The notes under the pieces: generated by a model
What the model was told of the DNA's origin: nothing
What the model saw: the letters and a program-made list of their open reading frames with translations, nothing else
Database searches by the model: none
Shown: positions 48,601 to 60,319 of the stretch, one piece after another
Position numbering within the stretch: the first letter of the stretch is position 1
Layout: every line of letters begins with the position of its first letter
Source of the DNA: Lytechinus pictus
Lineage: Eukaryota
Direction: 5' to 3'
DNA: 64,000 nt
Assembly (NCBI RefSeq): GCF_037042905.1
Contig: NC_087245.1
Location: 24,058,001-24,122,000, forward strand
Program-made: the position numbers and the translations under genes

Positions 48601-51402
48601 CATCGGGTTATCGGATCGGGTAATCGCGAAACCCAACTATTCGAGAAAAGGGCTCCCTAAATTCCCAAAACGTCGGGTCCAGTTTACCCGCGACCATACG
48701 AGAATTTGGCTGTAATTCTCACGAAACATTGGGTAAATTAGACCCACCCATTCGGGAATTCGGGGGCCCTTTTCTAGAATGGTCGGGCAAACTGGACCCG
48801 ACGTTTTTAAGGGACCTTTTCTCGAATGGTTGGGTTACGCGATCACCGACGATGGCACAAGTCATTTAGCCCTGATCAGAATCAAGACAAGGGCCAGAGC
48901 CGCCACGAGTACAATGTTTGTTTATGTATTAAACAAAACATTGTTCTTTTGTCACGTGATAAGATCTTGTCAAACATACCTAACAACAAGTTGAGAGAAT
49001 TAAGAACATCAGAATTTGAGCAGCTTTCGGGAGTGCATATACCCCACTGTAAACGAATGTTCTGTATGGGAGGGAAAAAATGTAAATTAAAAACTGTGGA
49101 AAAAAATGCCCGTGCAAAATGCTCCAATCATACTGTCTATTGTACGGGAATTATTCATCAATAATATGAAAAGTTTTTTGACAGTTTGACAACGTCTTTT
49201 TCAAAGGTAGGCCCTACTTCATATCAAATTTTTGTACCAATTTCGTGTTTGACTGGATTTACGTTATAGCTGAACTCTAACAGCTAGTGCTTTTACCCCC
49301 TCTCAGTTTCACTCTATTCATTGAATCCTCGTCCTTTAAAGGTATTGTTTAACTTTGTGAGCAGCTGATTTAAAAAATTCTCAAACCAAGATGAAACATG
49401 TGTACAAGTGCATGTATTAGAACTAATAAACCCTGAAAACCACCATTATTGAGAATGAAAAGCTAAAACTACAAGGCAAACCGCGATTTTGTAAATAGGC
49501 GTCTTATAGACGCCTAAATAGTACACATAAGTGTATGGGATGAAATTAAGATGGTGTTTTCGGTCACTTTATATTTCAATTTTTGAAGCACTAAATAATT
49601 ATTTTCGAACGCAATTTTTTCTGGGCTTCATTTTTGTAACATATCACAGACACAGGTGACAAGTGTGACCTTCTTGCTCAGATTTTTTAAAAGTCAAACC
49701 AATGTTAACCAATCACTTTAACCTTCCTCCTCCAATTGCTTCTTCCACGTCTTTTTACTCACATTCATTGACAATTCACCTGAGGCTCAAACGCTTTCTA
49801 TGTGATATCACTTTGTCACCTTCAGCAATGTCATCCTGTAAGTATATCTTTTGACAGGGGCATTTCACCTTCTGGTCTAAAAGGGGGCAAAGTCGCACCC
49901 AAATACAGGCTCCAAGACCAGAAAGGAACAAAGTTGTACCTGTTTGGTCTTAAAGCATGTTAAGAACCTCTGCAGCGGAGTAGCTTGTGGCTCCTAGTGT
50001 AATAGCAAACTGTAGAATACAACCTTCAAGAACTACATGTTTAACAGAAAACCAAACATGGTACTGTACAAGACAATAGACAAACGGCATTGTGAAATCC
50101 AGAAAATGAAGGAGAACTTAAGGTAACATAAGACATGATAGGACGTCGAAATGCAAATAAGTAAAAGGAATAAAATTGAAGAGACTTACGGCGGGAACTG
50201 ATGGCAGTTTGAGACGGATGTATGATAAACAGTACCTGAAGGTATCAATGGCCATGCATTCATCAAAATGGCCCAACCACGCCCAGTTCCCAACGAGAAA
50301 ACCTGCACTCGGTTTACCTGTCGCGTCTAAAGCTAAATCCAAAACGAAATAGGGGAATTATAATGTTAAAACATTAATGAATGTAGTGGGTTTTTTGTTT
50401 TGTTTTATAATAAAACAATCCTTTTCATTCTCGAGGTATTTGTATTATTTAGGAAGAATATTTGCATTATTTTTTATATTCAAGATTTCCACTGTATAAG
50501 TAAAAAAAAAATGATGCATGTCTGGAGGCAGTTCAGGAATGACCAGTGATGGGGATGGGTACAACAAGACAAAGGATGTTTAGCCCATTTTGGAGAGCAA
50601 TCAAACTGATCCTTAGTCGGGAAGGGTCTGAAAATAATAAATCAAACTATATTAATTTGGGGGGCATTCTTTAACCCATTTTAGACCATATAGCCAGCTT
50701 GAATTGTTGCTGGGTCTATTTTAATCTAGATCATGACGTAAGAAGTTATTTGTTTGGAAAACTCTACGTCAGTCCTCTCTCTTTTCATCTTCTCCTACTA
50801 TTAGAAGGTGAAAAGAGAGGGGACTGATGAAACGGTTTTCCAAACAAATAACTACTAAAGTCCAGATCTAGACTAGGCCTATTTACTTTATAGGCATAGG
50901 ACACATATTGTATATGGTTCTTTTCTTTCTTTTCTTTTTTGTTTGTTTGTTTCAGATTGACTTTTTAATCGAATTTATTCCACATCCTTTACTCTTCGTT
51001 TTTTTTTTCTTGGTCGTGAAGCATTATTGAAGGGAGGGGCGCCGCCCAAAGGCCCCCGCCTGGCATCTGGACGCAAGTGATCATCATCACCATCATCATC
51101 ATTTTCATCATCATCATCACCGTCATCATCATCATCATCATCATCGCAATCATCATCATCATCGCAATCAATTTCTTACCAAGTGCTATTTTCCCGATGG
51201 GTTTCTGTGCAACCAGCTTGGCGAGATCTTTCCTACACTCTATCGAAACATTACTTCCCATCCTGTCTTCAAATGGAGTATAAGGAGACTCTCCGACGGC
51301 AAGCAGATCCCTGATCATCGTCGGGGTCATCATCGAATAAGATGACATGGGGAAACAAACGACGATTATGGCAACGATGAGTAAACGAATCCAAGAGGCC
51401 AT
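30372..51402 (-). CDS. NRF-6 (nose resistant to fluoxetine 6) / O-acyltransferase-like membrane protein (NRF domain + acyltransferase-3 domain), 754 aa if the exon-14 insertion is removed; this allele is disrupted
   Basis: Exons (minus): 51402-51180, 50332-50190, 49061-48980, 47869-47767, 47367-47192, 46477-46262, 45634-45452, 43587-43494, 42768-42676, 42132-41976, 41096-41017, 37943-37842, 37004-36857, 34183-33325 (interrupted at 33401-34070), 32192-32050, 30506-30372. All GT-AG with consistent phases. Motifs LDATGKP, GNWAWLGHFDEC, WGICTPESCS, CLDGIRVLSMTWIILGH, VDSFFFLSGLL, RYWRLTP, WWANLLYINN, WYLANDFQFF, YVKPYCRIPPYLVG, PLSRLSY..YLLHP, VEIPF. Confidence 0.9.
30794..31495. mobile_element. 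TIR MITE (Harbinger-like TIR sequence, flanked by TTAA)
   Basis: GGCCCGGTCACACCGCC.GAACTTTG / CAAAGTTC.GGCGGTGTGACCGGGCC with TTAA on both sides; GC-rich interior. Confidence 0.8.
32687..33274. mobile_element. Non-autonomous Kolobok-like element, copy 2 (inverted relative to 11346-11946)
   Basis: Homologous to 11346-11946; ends AGGTCACGTCTACCC / GGGGTGGACTTGTCCT, flanks TCAA / TTAA. Confidence 0.75.
33401..34070. mobile_element. 670-bp non-autonomous DNA transposon with TA TSD inserted in a coding exon
   Basis: Imperfect TIRs CATGACGAAATACCTCCATTTG / CAAATGGGCTATTTTCGTAATG; TA at 33399-33400 and 34071-34072. Removing the element and one TA restores the frame ...SAAYMALSKFAWAVSVAWVVIAC... 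Confidence 0.85.
34843..35556. repeat. (CTA)n microsatellite interrupted by a MITE
   Basis: CTA runs at 34843-35194 and 35423-35556. Confidence 0.92.
35195..35422. mobile_element. hAT-like MITE family A copy 2
   Basis: Same TIRs and body as 230-538; perfect 8-bp TSD CCACTACT (35187-35194, 35423-35430). Confidence 0.88.
36604..36760. repeat. (CTA)n-type microsatellite
   Basis: Imperfect CTA/CTG/CCA triplet run. Confidence 0.9.
38279..40921. mobile_element. 2.6-kb non-autonomous hAT-like element with GCCTTGGCCTTG subterminal repeats
   Basis: Ends CCGTGTTGTAGT / ACTACAACACTG; GCCTTGGCCTTG arrays at both ends; degenerate 8-bp flanks GGAAGAAC / AGAAGAGC. Confidence 0.7.
43747..45269. mobile_element. 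1.5-kb hAT-like non-autonomous element hosting nested insertions
   Basis: TIR CAGTGGCGTAGCT / AGCTACGCCACTG; TSD ATCTGTAG / ATATGTAG (7/8); internal GCGAGCGCGAAGCGCGAG repeats. Confidence 0.8.
44179..44354 (+). mobile_element. Putative 7SL RNA-derived SINE (7SL/Alu-like head + B box + Deu-like segment + (AC)n tail)
   Basis: 5' ACTGGGCGTTGTGGCGTGCGCCTGTAATCCAAGCTATGCGGG resembles the 7SL RNA 5' end; GGTTCGAGCCC B box ~70 nt downstream; CGTCTTTCGGATGGTGACGTTAAA matches the Deu core of the SINE at 10877; possible TSD ACCCAC. Confidence 0.7.
46501..46622. repeat. Two-copy ~61-bp tandem duplication in intron
   Basis: TTTCATATTTCTCAGGTAATATTGATAACCCAATCTTATTTAACTTTCCTACCAA repeated directly. Confidence 0.9.
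48192..48385. mobile_element. CACAG..CAGTG MITE with TA flanks
   Basis: CACAGTAAAAA / TTTTTACAGTG ends, TA on both sides, internal inverted TGTCACTCTAACAA / TTGTTAGAGTGAC. Confidence 0.6.
48588..48862. mobile_element. Foldback-type MITE
   Basis: TGTGCCATC...GATGGCACA ends with long internal inverted match (AAAACGTCGGGTCCAGTTT / AAACTGGACCCGACGTTTT; TCGAGAAAAGG / CCTTTTCTCGA). Confidence 0.65.
49340..49717. mobile_element. Kolobok-like MITE (TTAA TSD)
   Basis: TTAA flanks; imperfect TIR AGGTATTGTTTAAC / GTTAACCAATCACT. Confidence 0.6.
50722..50875. mobile_element. Hairpin MITE
   Basis: ~70-bp inverted arms (TCTAGATC..AGTTATTTGTTTGGAAAAC..TCAGTCC.CTCTCTTTTCA.CTTCT) around a short loop. Confidence 0.7.
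51078..51170. repeat. (CAT)n microsatellite
   Basis: Imperfect CAT run just inside intron 1 of the NRF-6-like gene. Confidence 0.9.
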
Positions 51403-52951
51403 CTTGTTAGGAACTCTCAACTTTCAATATTAAGGTTGTTTATGTGTTTCTTTACAAATTAGGCCCTATATACATCTTTACCAATTACGTCAACAGCCAC
51501 GAATAGACAAAGTCTTTCATGATTACAAAATTATCTTTAAACAAACATACCGCGATCGTTGCATCGAACATGTCGAAAGGTTCTCTTTACCACGATGAAC
51601 CAATTGTGATGGCGGCTCAAGTGCTTCCAAGGTCACTGAAGGTATAAAATGTCGTTACTTTTTTCTTCCACATTTTCTTCTGGGGGCGGGAGGTAATAAG
51701 CTACAACAAAATTGTATTTTCTTCTTAAATGATTTTAAGCAAAGTGAACAATTGTTTGGACAATGGAAGAATTTGGAAATGTCCTACGATCTTTTATATG
51801 AACGGGGTTGTGTTCCTATCGGTGTTTTGATATCAAGGTGATGATTTTGCAGATAAGCAAATTTGTCACCTCATTGGAATTATAAATATTATAGAACAAT
51901 ATTAGCTTATTACTAGAGGCTGTGTTTATTTTATCTAATGAGGTCATGATCATCGATCTAGTATCTCTCTTTCGATGTTGATTTATATAGACTTTTGTGG
52001 TGTTTAACTCAGTAGCCTGGGAACGATTTTTTTTCAAGAGGGATGCTCGTTTGGAAAAAATAATTGGAAAAAGGGTTTTCGCTCAAAAAAAATTTAAAAC
52101 GGGGTGATTTTGGTCAGTACAAAATTGAACAAGCAAAAAACAACAACATTAATACTTTGCCATCATGGAATCTGTTATCGATCCGTCTTGCTTGTTTCCC
52201 TAAAATCTAATATGCATGATCATTATACCCGAATGGAAAGAAAGAGTTAAGGGCGTAGGCTGGTTTGAGCATCATGGGGAGGTGGAACAAAAGTGATATG
52301 GGGATGCACATCTTGGGGAGGTGGAACTAAAGTTTGGAAAATCAGCTGTTGAATGCTGAAGAAGGGATACAAATTTCGTTTTGCTTGCCAGTCTCGGTAC
52401 TCTTCTGCCTCAGCGGGAGAGTGCTAGTGAGCCCCGTGCACCCCTCCCCCAGCCTATGTACGCCTTGACTGTGGAAGAAGGTGGAAGCATTATGATGACT
52501 CTTATCAAAGCGACAAGGGCGTGGAAAGAGACGGGGCGGTGGACTTTATAACTATTGGTTGATTGGGGGATGGATTATATTCGCCAAGTCGCCTAAACCA
52601 TGCGATTTTGTGAGATGTCTGGTCCGGGGTGGCGGGGGGGGGGGGAGTCAGGTTCCTGACTGGAATCAGAGGACAATCGCCCCTTTGATTCTTCAAATGA
52701 TTGAGGACGGGGAAAACTGAAGAAATACCAAAAGGAGGGGAAAAAATAAAAATAAAGCATTTATTATGCGCCATCTATCTAGTAAACTATTCCGAGGCGC
52801 AGGAAGGATAAGGAAGAAAACGGAATGATAGGTGCTTTCGTGTAAATATCTTAGATGCCTACTTATTTTTTACTGAGATAATGTCATTTTAGACGACCGT
52901 AGAATCCCTTCCCGGAATCTCCTATCAAAATACCGCGGCGGCCCATGATAT

Positions 52952-53232
52952 CAGGGGCGGATCCAGCTTTTTATAAAGGGGGGGGGGTTGGGGTGGTATG
53001 CGAGGGAGCGTAGCGACCGAGTCCAAGCGAGCGGAGCGAGCGAGGGGGGAGGGTGTGGGAGGGGGGTGTCCCCCCTCCCACAGTAGGGAAAAATTTTGAA
53101 AAATAAATACATAGAAATAGAATAAAATAAAATTACAAGTTTAAAAAAAAGATAAGATTTAAAAAATGGTCCCCAGATTTTTTTTTGGGAGGGTTGCAAC
53201 CCCCCCCAACCCCCCCTCTAGATCCGCTTCTG
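52952..53232. mobile_element. CAGGGGCGGATC MITE, specific to duplication unit A
   Basis: TIR CAGGGGCGGATC / GATCCGCTTCTG; absent at the paralogous site in unit B (57721-57740 GCCCATGATATATGGCC). Confidence 0.8.
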
Positions 53233-54036
53233 GATATATGACCAAATAGGGCTCAGTTTTACATCATATAATTTTGAAAAGTACATTGCACCCTTGTCTA
53301 AACTTAAAGTCAATTGGGAACTGAAAGAGATCCCCATTCGGAAATATCTTTGTACCCAATATACCTAGCGATTTCTTGGGCCGAACCCATGAGGGTAGGG
53401 CTGCCGGGGGTCACCATGGCCCTGGGAAGCGGGATGAAGCACCCCCAAGATTTTCATTGGGAGTGCTGCTATTATTCTCCATAGGCGCAGCACCCCAGGT
53501 ATTCTGGAAGGTGTGTAAAAAGAATTTTTAAAATGTAACCAGAAATTTCCTTTGTTTTTAAGTAAAACCTACTTTTTTCTTTTTCTTTTTTTTTGCTTTT
53601 CAAATTTCTTTGGGTCAAAATGACCTCGATTTTGTAATGAAAACCTTGTTGTTTTTTCTTTTCAAATAAGCATCAGCACCCCTAGTTTTAAAAAATCGCT
53701 GCCCTTTTGACAAGAGTTATGACAAACTTTTGTAAATACTATAATTATCTTTTTTTCATATTAGAAGGATGCACAAGAAAAATATTTCATAATGTATACA
53801 TCATATTGGTAATAAATATCATTATATGAGAAGTAAGATTTTCTAAATAGAGTCAATGGCGACAATAGTCAAATATGACTAATCGCCACTCAAACCAACA
53901 TAAGAAGAAGAAGTTCCCAGGGCCCTGGGGGCCATGCACCCTTGGGTCCCGGCGTGGGCCCAGCATCCGAGAGTGTGTAGCAACAACAACAAAAAGAACT
54001 CTCTTCAATATTAAGGTAATTTGTGTGTGTCTTTAC

Positions 54037-55733
54037 CACTGGCGTAAATCCGTGTTGATCGGTGGGGGGATGACTGAAATATTTTGGCTTTTTTTGCAAT
54101 CATGTTTTTAGATATGCAAGGAATTGTCATTGATATGTCCACAGTGGCGTACCGTAGGTCACGGCATTGGGGAGGGGGGCACCAGCAAAATGTTTGAATC
54201 ACTGAGCTGAGTGAGCGCACTCAGTTGCCAGTTATACTGACCTAATAGAGACATTTTCTGGACAATGTCATTAAACGGATATGTATCTCACTGATCAAAT
54301 AATGCGAGCGCGAAGCGAGAGCTGAATTTTCTTTATATTCACACCTAAAAAGAGACATTATAATCAAATTTGTGTAATCATGATAGGTACCTGTCTCGCT
54401 AAACAATACGAGCGCGAAGCGCGAGCTGAATTTTTCGTATATTTTGACCCCAAACAGCGAGATTTTGAGGAATATATTTTAGGAATCCATTAAGAGTATG
54501 CATATCTCACCATAGTCATCTAATGCGAGTGCCAAGCGCTTGCTGGTTTATAAAAATTACATCTGAACTCATGAAACACTTTTTGTAGTCATTGCAATCA
54601 TGATTATCATACGCATCTTCACTAATCAAATATTGCGAGCGCGAAGCGCGAGCTGAAAATTTATATAATTCAGACCTGAAGTGGGGCATTCTAAGGTTTC
54701 TTTGTAGGAATTAACTAGGACCATACGTATTTCAATATCCAAATGATGCGAGCGCGAAGCGCGAGCTGAAAATTTTTGATATTCAGATCAGAAGAAGGGA
54801 CATTTTAAGGACTGATTTTAAGAATTCATGAAGAGCAGACATATCACACCAATCCACTAATGCGAACGTAATCACGGACAGGAAATGTTTCATATATACG
54901 AAGACCTTAACATGGGGAAATCACTTTTTGAGTCATGAAAAAGAAGCAAATGTCACTACATAAAACAATGATAACTCAAGTGCTAGGAAATATATTTGGT
55001 TTATATTGACTTGAAAACGGGATGTTTCAGTACAACAGGATTATATATCTCGTTAACAGACAATGCAAGCACCAGGAACAATGAATAAGTAGGCCCTGGG
55101 CAAATTATGTTTCATGAAGTTATGATAAAAATGTTTCTTATGTAATGTAACATAACATAATTATAATATAACATTATAATGAATAATATTTTCTTCTTTC
55201 TCACTATACGCTTCTCTTACTTTCTCCCTCTTTTCTCATTTTCCCCATTTTTTTTGGTCAGCCAATTGGGGGGGGGGCACGTGCCCCCCATGCCCCCCCC
55301 CCCCGTAGTTACGCCATATGGCAAAAACCCCTCCAATATTATTATCTTTTTTAACCCATGATGGTTTAATGGTTTTATTAGAGAATACATTAAAAAAGAA
55401 TTGACATTGTATCTTAATCCCTTCCCAAAGACCCCAACATTGACGAATTTAAGAAACGGGAGTTCCTCTTCAATGTTATAATAAGGACATAAGTATTTCG
55501 TTTGGAAATGGTGAACTGGCTCTTTATTTGCACTTTATGATTCAATAATATTGTTTTATTTGTTAAGCGGTATTTCAGGAAGAATTTTCACCAATAAAAC
55601 AATTATCTCTTGTGATTTTTTTTTCATTTCTTTCGTGAAAAGTGGGGGGATGTTTGTACAGGCCATCCCCCCTCCTCGAAAAGTGGGGGGGATATATCCC
55701 CCCACCCCCCCCCCCCCGGGATTTACGCCAGTG
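54037..55733. mobile_element. hAT-like element with nested second element (~54142-55316), specific to unit B
   Basis: TIR CACTGGCGTAAATCC / GGATTTACGCCAGTG; perfect 8-bp TSD GTCTTTAC. Nested CAGTGGCGTA..TACGCCA element with GCGAGCGCGAAGCGCGAGCTGAA arrays. Confidence 0.85.
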
Positions 55734-56961
55734 GTCTTTACAATAATATTTAGGCCCTATATCTCTACCAACATGACCAATTACGTCAACAGCCATGAAT
55801 AGACAAAGTCTTTCATGATTACAAAATTGATTATATTTAAACAAACATTCCCATGATCGTTGCATCGAACATGTCGGAAGGTTCTCTTTACCACGATGAA
55901 CCAATTGTGATGGCGGCTCAAGTGCTTCCAAGGTCACTGAAGGTATAAAATGTCGTTACTTTTTTCTTCCACATTTTCTTCTGGGGGCGGGAGGTAATAA
56001 ACTACAACAAAATTGTATTTTCTTCTTAAATGATTTTAAGCAAAGTGAACAATTGTTTGGACAATGGAAGAATTTGGAAATGTCCTACGATCTTATATAG
56101 GAACGGGGTTGTGTTCCTATCGGTGTTTTGATATCAAGGTGATAATTTTGCAGATAAGCAAAATTAATGTGTCACCTGATTGGAAATATAAATATTATAG
56201 AACAATATTAGCTTATTACTAGAGACTGTGTTTATTTTCTCTCATGAGGTCATGATCATTGATCTAGTCTATATCTTTCGATGTTGATTTCAATTTTCTA
56301 TAGACCTATGAGGTGTTCGACTCAGTAGCATGGGAACGAGTTTTTTTTCAAGAGGGGTGCTCGTTTGGAAAAAAAATAATTGGAAAAAGGGGGGTTTTCG
56401 CTCAAAAAACTTTAAAAGGGGTGATTTTGGTCAGTCAAAGTTTGAACAAGCAAAATGGCAACAACAACAACAACAAAACGCAGAAAAATGAAGGTGATTT
56501 AGGTCAATACAGTTTAGCATACCGATTATATTTCCAGGGGGTGCTGCCCAGTGGATGCAAAGCATACGCAGCACCACTAAAAAAAATCACGCACGCTTCC
56601 CAGTGCCATATGGTTCAACTATATAATACACATTTTAGAGACTGATCTGCATTAAAAATCGCATTATATTATGCCCATTGATACTTTGCCATCATTTATG
56701 GACTCTGTTATCGATATCGTCTTGCTTTTTTCCCCGTATATGTAATATGGTCATTATACCCGAATGGAAAGAAACAATTAAGGGCGTATGCTGGTTTGAG
56801 CATCATGGGAGGTGGAACTTTAGTGGTATGGGGGATGCACATCTTGGGGAGGCGGAACTATAAGGTTTTGAAAATCAGCTGTTTAAAGCCGAAGAAAGGG
56901 TGCAAATTTCGTTTTGTTTGCCAGTGTCGGAACTCTTCTGCCTCAGCGAGAGGGTGCACCC

Positions 56962-57218
56962 CACTAGCGTACCTACGGGGGGGGGGCAGTCTGCCCCCCT
57001 GACGAGCCACAACCCATGCAAAGGACGTACCCCTGCCCCCCTGACGAGCTTGAAAGACCTTTTTTTGCCCCCCCCCCCCCCTGACGAGCTTGAAGACCTT
57101 TATTGCCCCCCTGACGAGCTTGAAGACCTTTTTTTTTTTTTTTTTTTTTTTTGCTTGTCAAATTTTTGGGCGGACGGTTTTGCCCCCCCCCCTGTGGAAA
57201 ATCCTAGGTACGCCACTG
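56962..57218. mobile_element. hAT-like MITE family A copy 3
   Basis: Perfect 8-bp TSD GTGCACCC (56954-56961, 57219-57226); empty site in unit A at 52436-52443. Confidence 0.9.
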
Positions 57219-59738
57219 GTGCACCCCTCCCCCAGCCTACTATACGCTCGGCTTGACTCTCACAGTGGAAGAAGGTGGAAGCATTATGATGATCAAAGCG
57301 ACAAGGATGAGGAAAGAGACGGGGCGATGGCTTGTAACTATTGATTGCTTGATGGATGGATTAAATTCGCCAAGTCCCCTAAACCATGCGATTTTGTGAG
57401 ATTTTTTTTGGTCCGGGGTATATAGGGGGGGAGTCGGGTTCCTAATGGAATCGGAGGGTAATCGCCCCTTCGATTCTTCAAATGATTAATTGAGGAAGGG
57501 GGAAAACTGAAGAAAAAACAAAAGGAGGAAAAATGAACAAAGCATTTATTATGCGCCATCTAAACTATTACGAGACGCAGGAAGGATAAGGAAGAAAACG
57601 GAATGATAAGTGCTTTTGTGTAGATATCTTTGACGCCTACTTATTTTTTATTGAGATAATGTCATTTTAGACGACCCTAGAATCCCTTCCCGAAATCTCC
57701 TAGCAAAATATCCTGGCGCGGCCCATGATATATGGCCAAATAAGGCTCAGTTTTACATCATATAATTTTGAAAAGTATATTGCACCCTTGTCTAAACTTA
57801 AAGTCAATTGGGAACTGAAAGAGATCCCCATTCGGAAATATCTTTGTACCCAATATACCTAGCGATTTCTTGGGCCGAACCCATGAGGAGAGGGCGGCCG
57901 GGGGTCACCATGGCCCTGGGAAGCGGGATGAAGCACCCCCAATATTTTCCTTGGGGTGCCACTTTATTATTATCTATAGGTGCAGCACCCCATATATGCT
58001 GGAAGGTGTGTAAAAATAATAAAAAATTGTAACCAAAATTTTCCTTTGTTTTTTAGTAAAACCTACTTGTTTATTTTTCATTTTATTTTATTTTTTATTT
58101 TTTGCTTTTCAAATTTCTTTGGGTCAAAATGACCTCGTTTTGTAATGAAAACCTTGTTGTTTTTTCTTTTCAAATAAGCATCAGCACCCCTAGTTAAAAA
58201 AATCATTGCCATTTTGACAAGAGTTATGAAAAACTTTTGTAAATACTATAATGATTTTTTTTTTCATATTAGAAGGATGCACAAGAAAAATATTTCATAA
58301 TGTATACATCATATTGGTAATAAATATCATTATATGAGAAGTAAGATTTTCTAAATAAAAAATAAGTCGATGGCGACAATAGTCTAATGTGACTTATCGC
58401 CACTCAAACCAACATAAGATGAAGTTCCCAGGGCCCTGGGGGCCATCCTTGGGCCCCGGCGTGGGCCCAGCATCCGAGAGTGTGTAGCAACAACAACATA
58501 AAAATTCCCACCATCTGGCATCAAGTGGGGGTGTAGTTGGAGGGTTATTTTCTTTGTTACATTATCTACATTGGTCCCCTAGGAAATGATACCAACCATC
58601 ACTCAATTCGTCATCTCAGCTATCGAGGCTCCCTGTATAGAAATTTTAATATTTCATTTTCCAAATCGGAGACACCATACTGCTTCAAGATTTTGGTGTT
58701 GCGCAATCGCCGAAGTACCTGGGTTGAATTAATTTTATTCGAAGACGAAAATGATGGCCACATGTTCATTTATTTCAAGTGATCAGGAGAAACCAACTCT
58801 AGGTTCGTTATTTTTCATCTCATTAAACAAATTATACAAACAATAAGATGCGGTCATGTAGAGCACGTAGATCTAGGGTTAATAGAATATTTACAGACTT
58901 TCTATTACTCTGAAGTGAAGAATCAAGCTGATCTGGACTGAAGAAGTCGCGGAGTCTTTGCTTTATATTAGACCCATGTATTGATTATGCTGTAGTGTAG
59001 GGCCTACTGCATCGCGGTTCCGTGGCGTGGGGCCCAGGTCCACTGCACTCTAAGCACCAAGGCTATTAATTCCTGTGTTAAAAAAGTGAGTGCACGCGAA
59101 TTAAATGTTGGACTTAAATTACTAGATCTTACCATGGAGCTCCATGACGAAATCTGTTCTTAAATTAGACTCTAGATATTACTAAATTGAAAAAATGTAC
59201 TAGGACTAGGAGTGAGTAGGACCCACTCCTAGTAGTACCACTACCAATGAGGTCCAACATTACATGTATGGACCTCATAGGCGACATCAGTAGTATTTTG
59301 TGTCAGAAATCTTTGTGAAGATGATTATTTTTGTATTTTATCAAAACTACAAGCTATCGTACTGTCTAATCATTACATTTCGATCTCACTAATTGAATAC
59401 ATTGTTAGCAATAAAAAAAATTGAAAGAAATGAAGGGGAACTTATATTTTCACGGCTTTTTCCTGATTTTCTGGGCAACTGCTCTTCTCTTCTGACTCGC
59501 GATCGAAGCTGATATGAAGATCACGTGATTCGCGTTCTCGTCAGCTGATCGGTTGGTTATTCTTTTCGTCAGACGTTAATAATATATATTTTATAATGCT
59601 AGCATTCATCGCTAATTTAGGTGAAAGAGATTGAAGTTAAACAGCGCCAGGTCGGAATCATAATTATTTTGGAAGAGTGTATTTATACACTCGATCTCAT
59701 ACCTGACGTAGACGGCGCTATTCAACAAATGCCCAATC

Positions 59739-60317
59739 TTCAATATAAAAAATAAAACAGAAAGAACGCCTTGAACACAGGCCAAAATGCCTAACGATTT
59801 CTTCGCGGCATTAACAACTATCGTAAAGGGCGCTCCATTTATTAATAAAGATGGACGTATAGCTGTCTATGGCGACAAAATTTGCCGCAAATATTTACGA
59901 AGAATTGTGAGAAATGGTCTGAAAATGCAACAAAAGAACCGGTGAGTACCGATTAAACATTATCAATTTATTTAATAGAACATATTTAATTACTACAATG
60001 TAACAATTTCTAGATAATATTGCTTAGTTCTAAGCTAGGGAGGCCCAAACGCGCGTGAGCGGAGTCCCACTTTATTAGCACGGGTAAGTATTGGGGTGTC
60101 GCCTAGAGTGCTAGGACCTATAGTACTCGCGCCTGGTCTTTTCTTGGGGTATTGAATTGAAGCCTTTTTGTCCAGAACTTGCTCAACTTTTGCGGCAAAT
60201 TTTGTCACCATAGCCTTGTGCACATTCTCGTTTAATACTGGTTGTCACGTGACACGGCAATGTCGTTAGGCTGTTTGGCCTGTACTCAAGGCGTTCTATC
60301 CGTTATGATTTTATATT
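59739..60317. mobile_element. TIR element with ~55-bp imperfect inverted repeats
   Basis: AATATAAAA..AGAACGCCTTGAACACAGGCCAAAATGCCTAACGA / TCGTTAGGCTGTTTGGCCTGTACTCAAGGCGTTCT..TTTTATATT. Confidence 0.6.
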
Positions 60318-60319
60318 AT

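Larger units (their letters stand above)
51411..58500. repeat. Head-to-tail tandem segmental duplication (unit A ~51411-53994; unit B ~53995-58500)
   Basis: Colinear high similarity throughout (e.g. 51481-51800 vs 55778-56100; ends GTGTGTAGCAACAACAACA at ~53990 and ~58498). Unit B is lengthened by insertions. Confidence 0.9.

Noticed and set aside
49750..50009. Candidate additional exons of the NRF-6-like gene (AG at 50010-50011; AG..GT at ~49835-49780)
   Set aside because: The first hits a stop in the required phase, and neither resembles the NRF domain; exon 49061-48980 joins exons 2 and 4 in phase.
50822..50835. CTGATGAAAC as a hammerhead ribozyme core
   Set aside because: No stem II between CUGAUGA and GAAA; it is part of a MITE hairpin arm.
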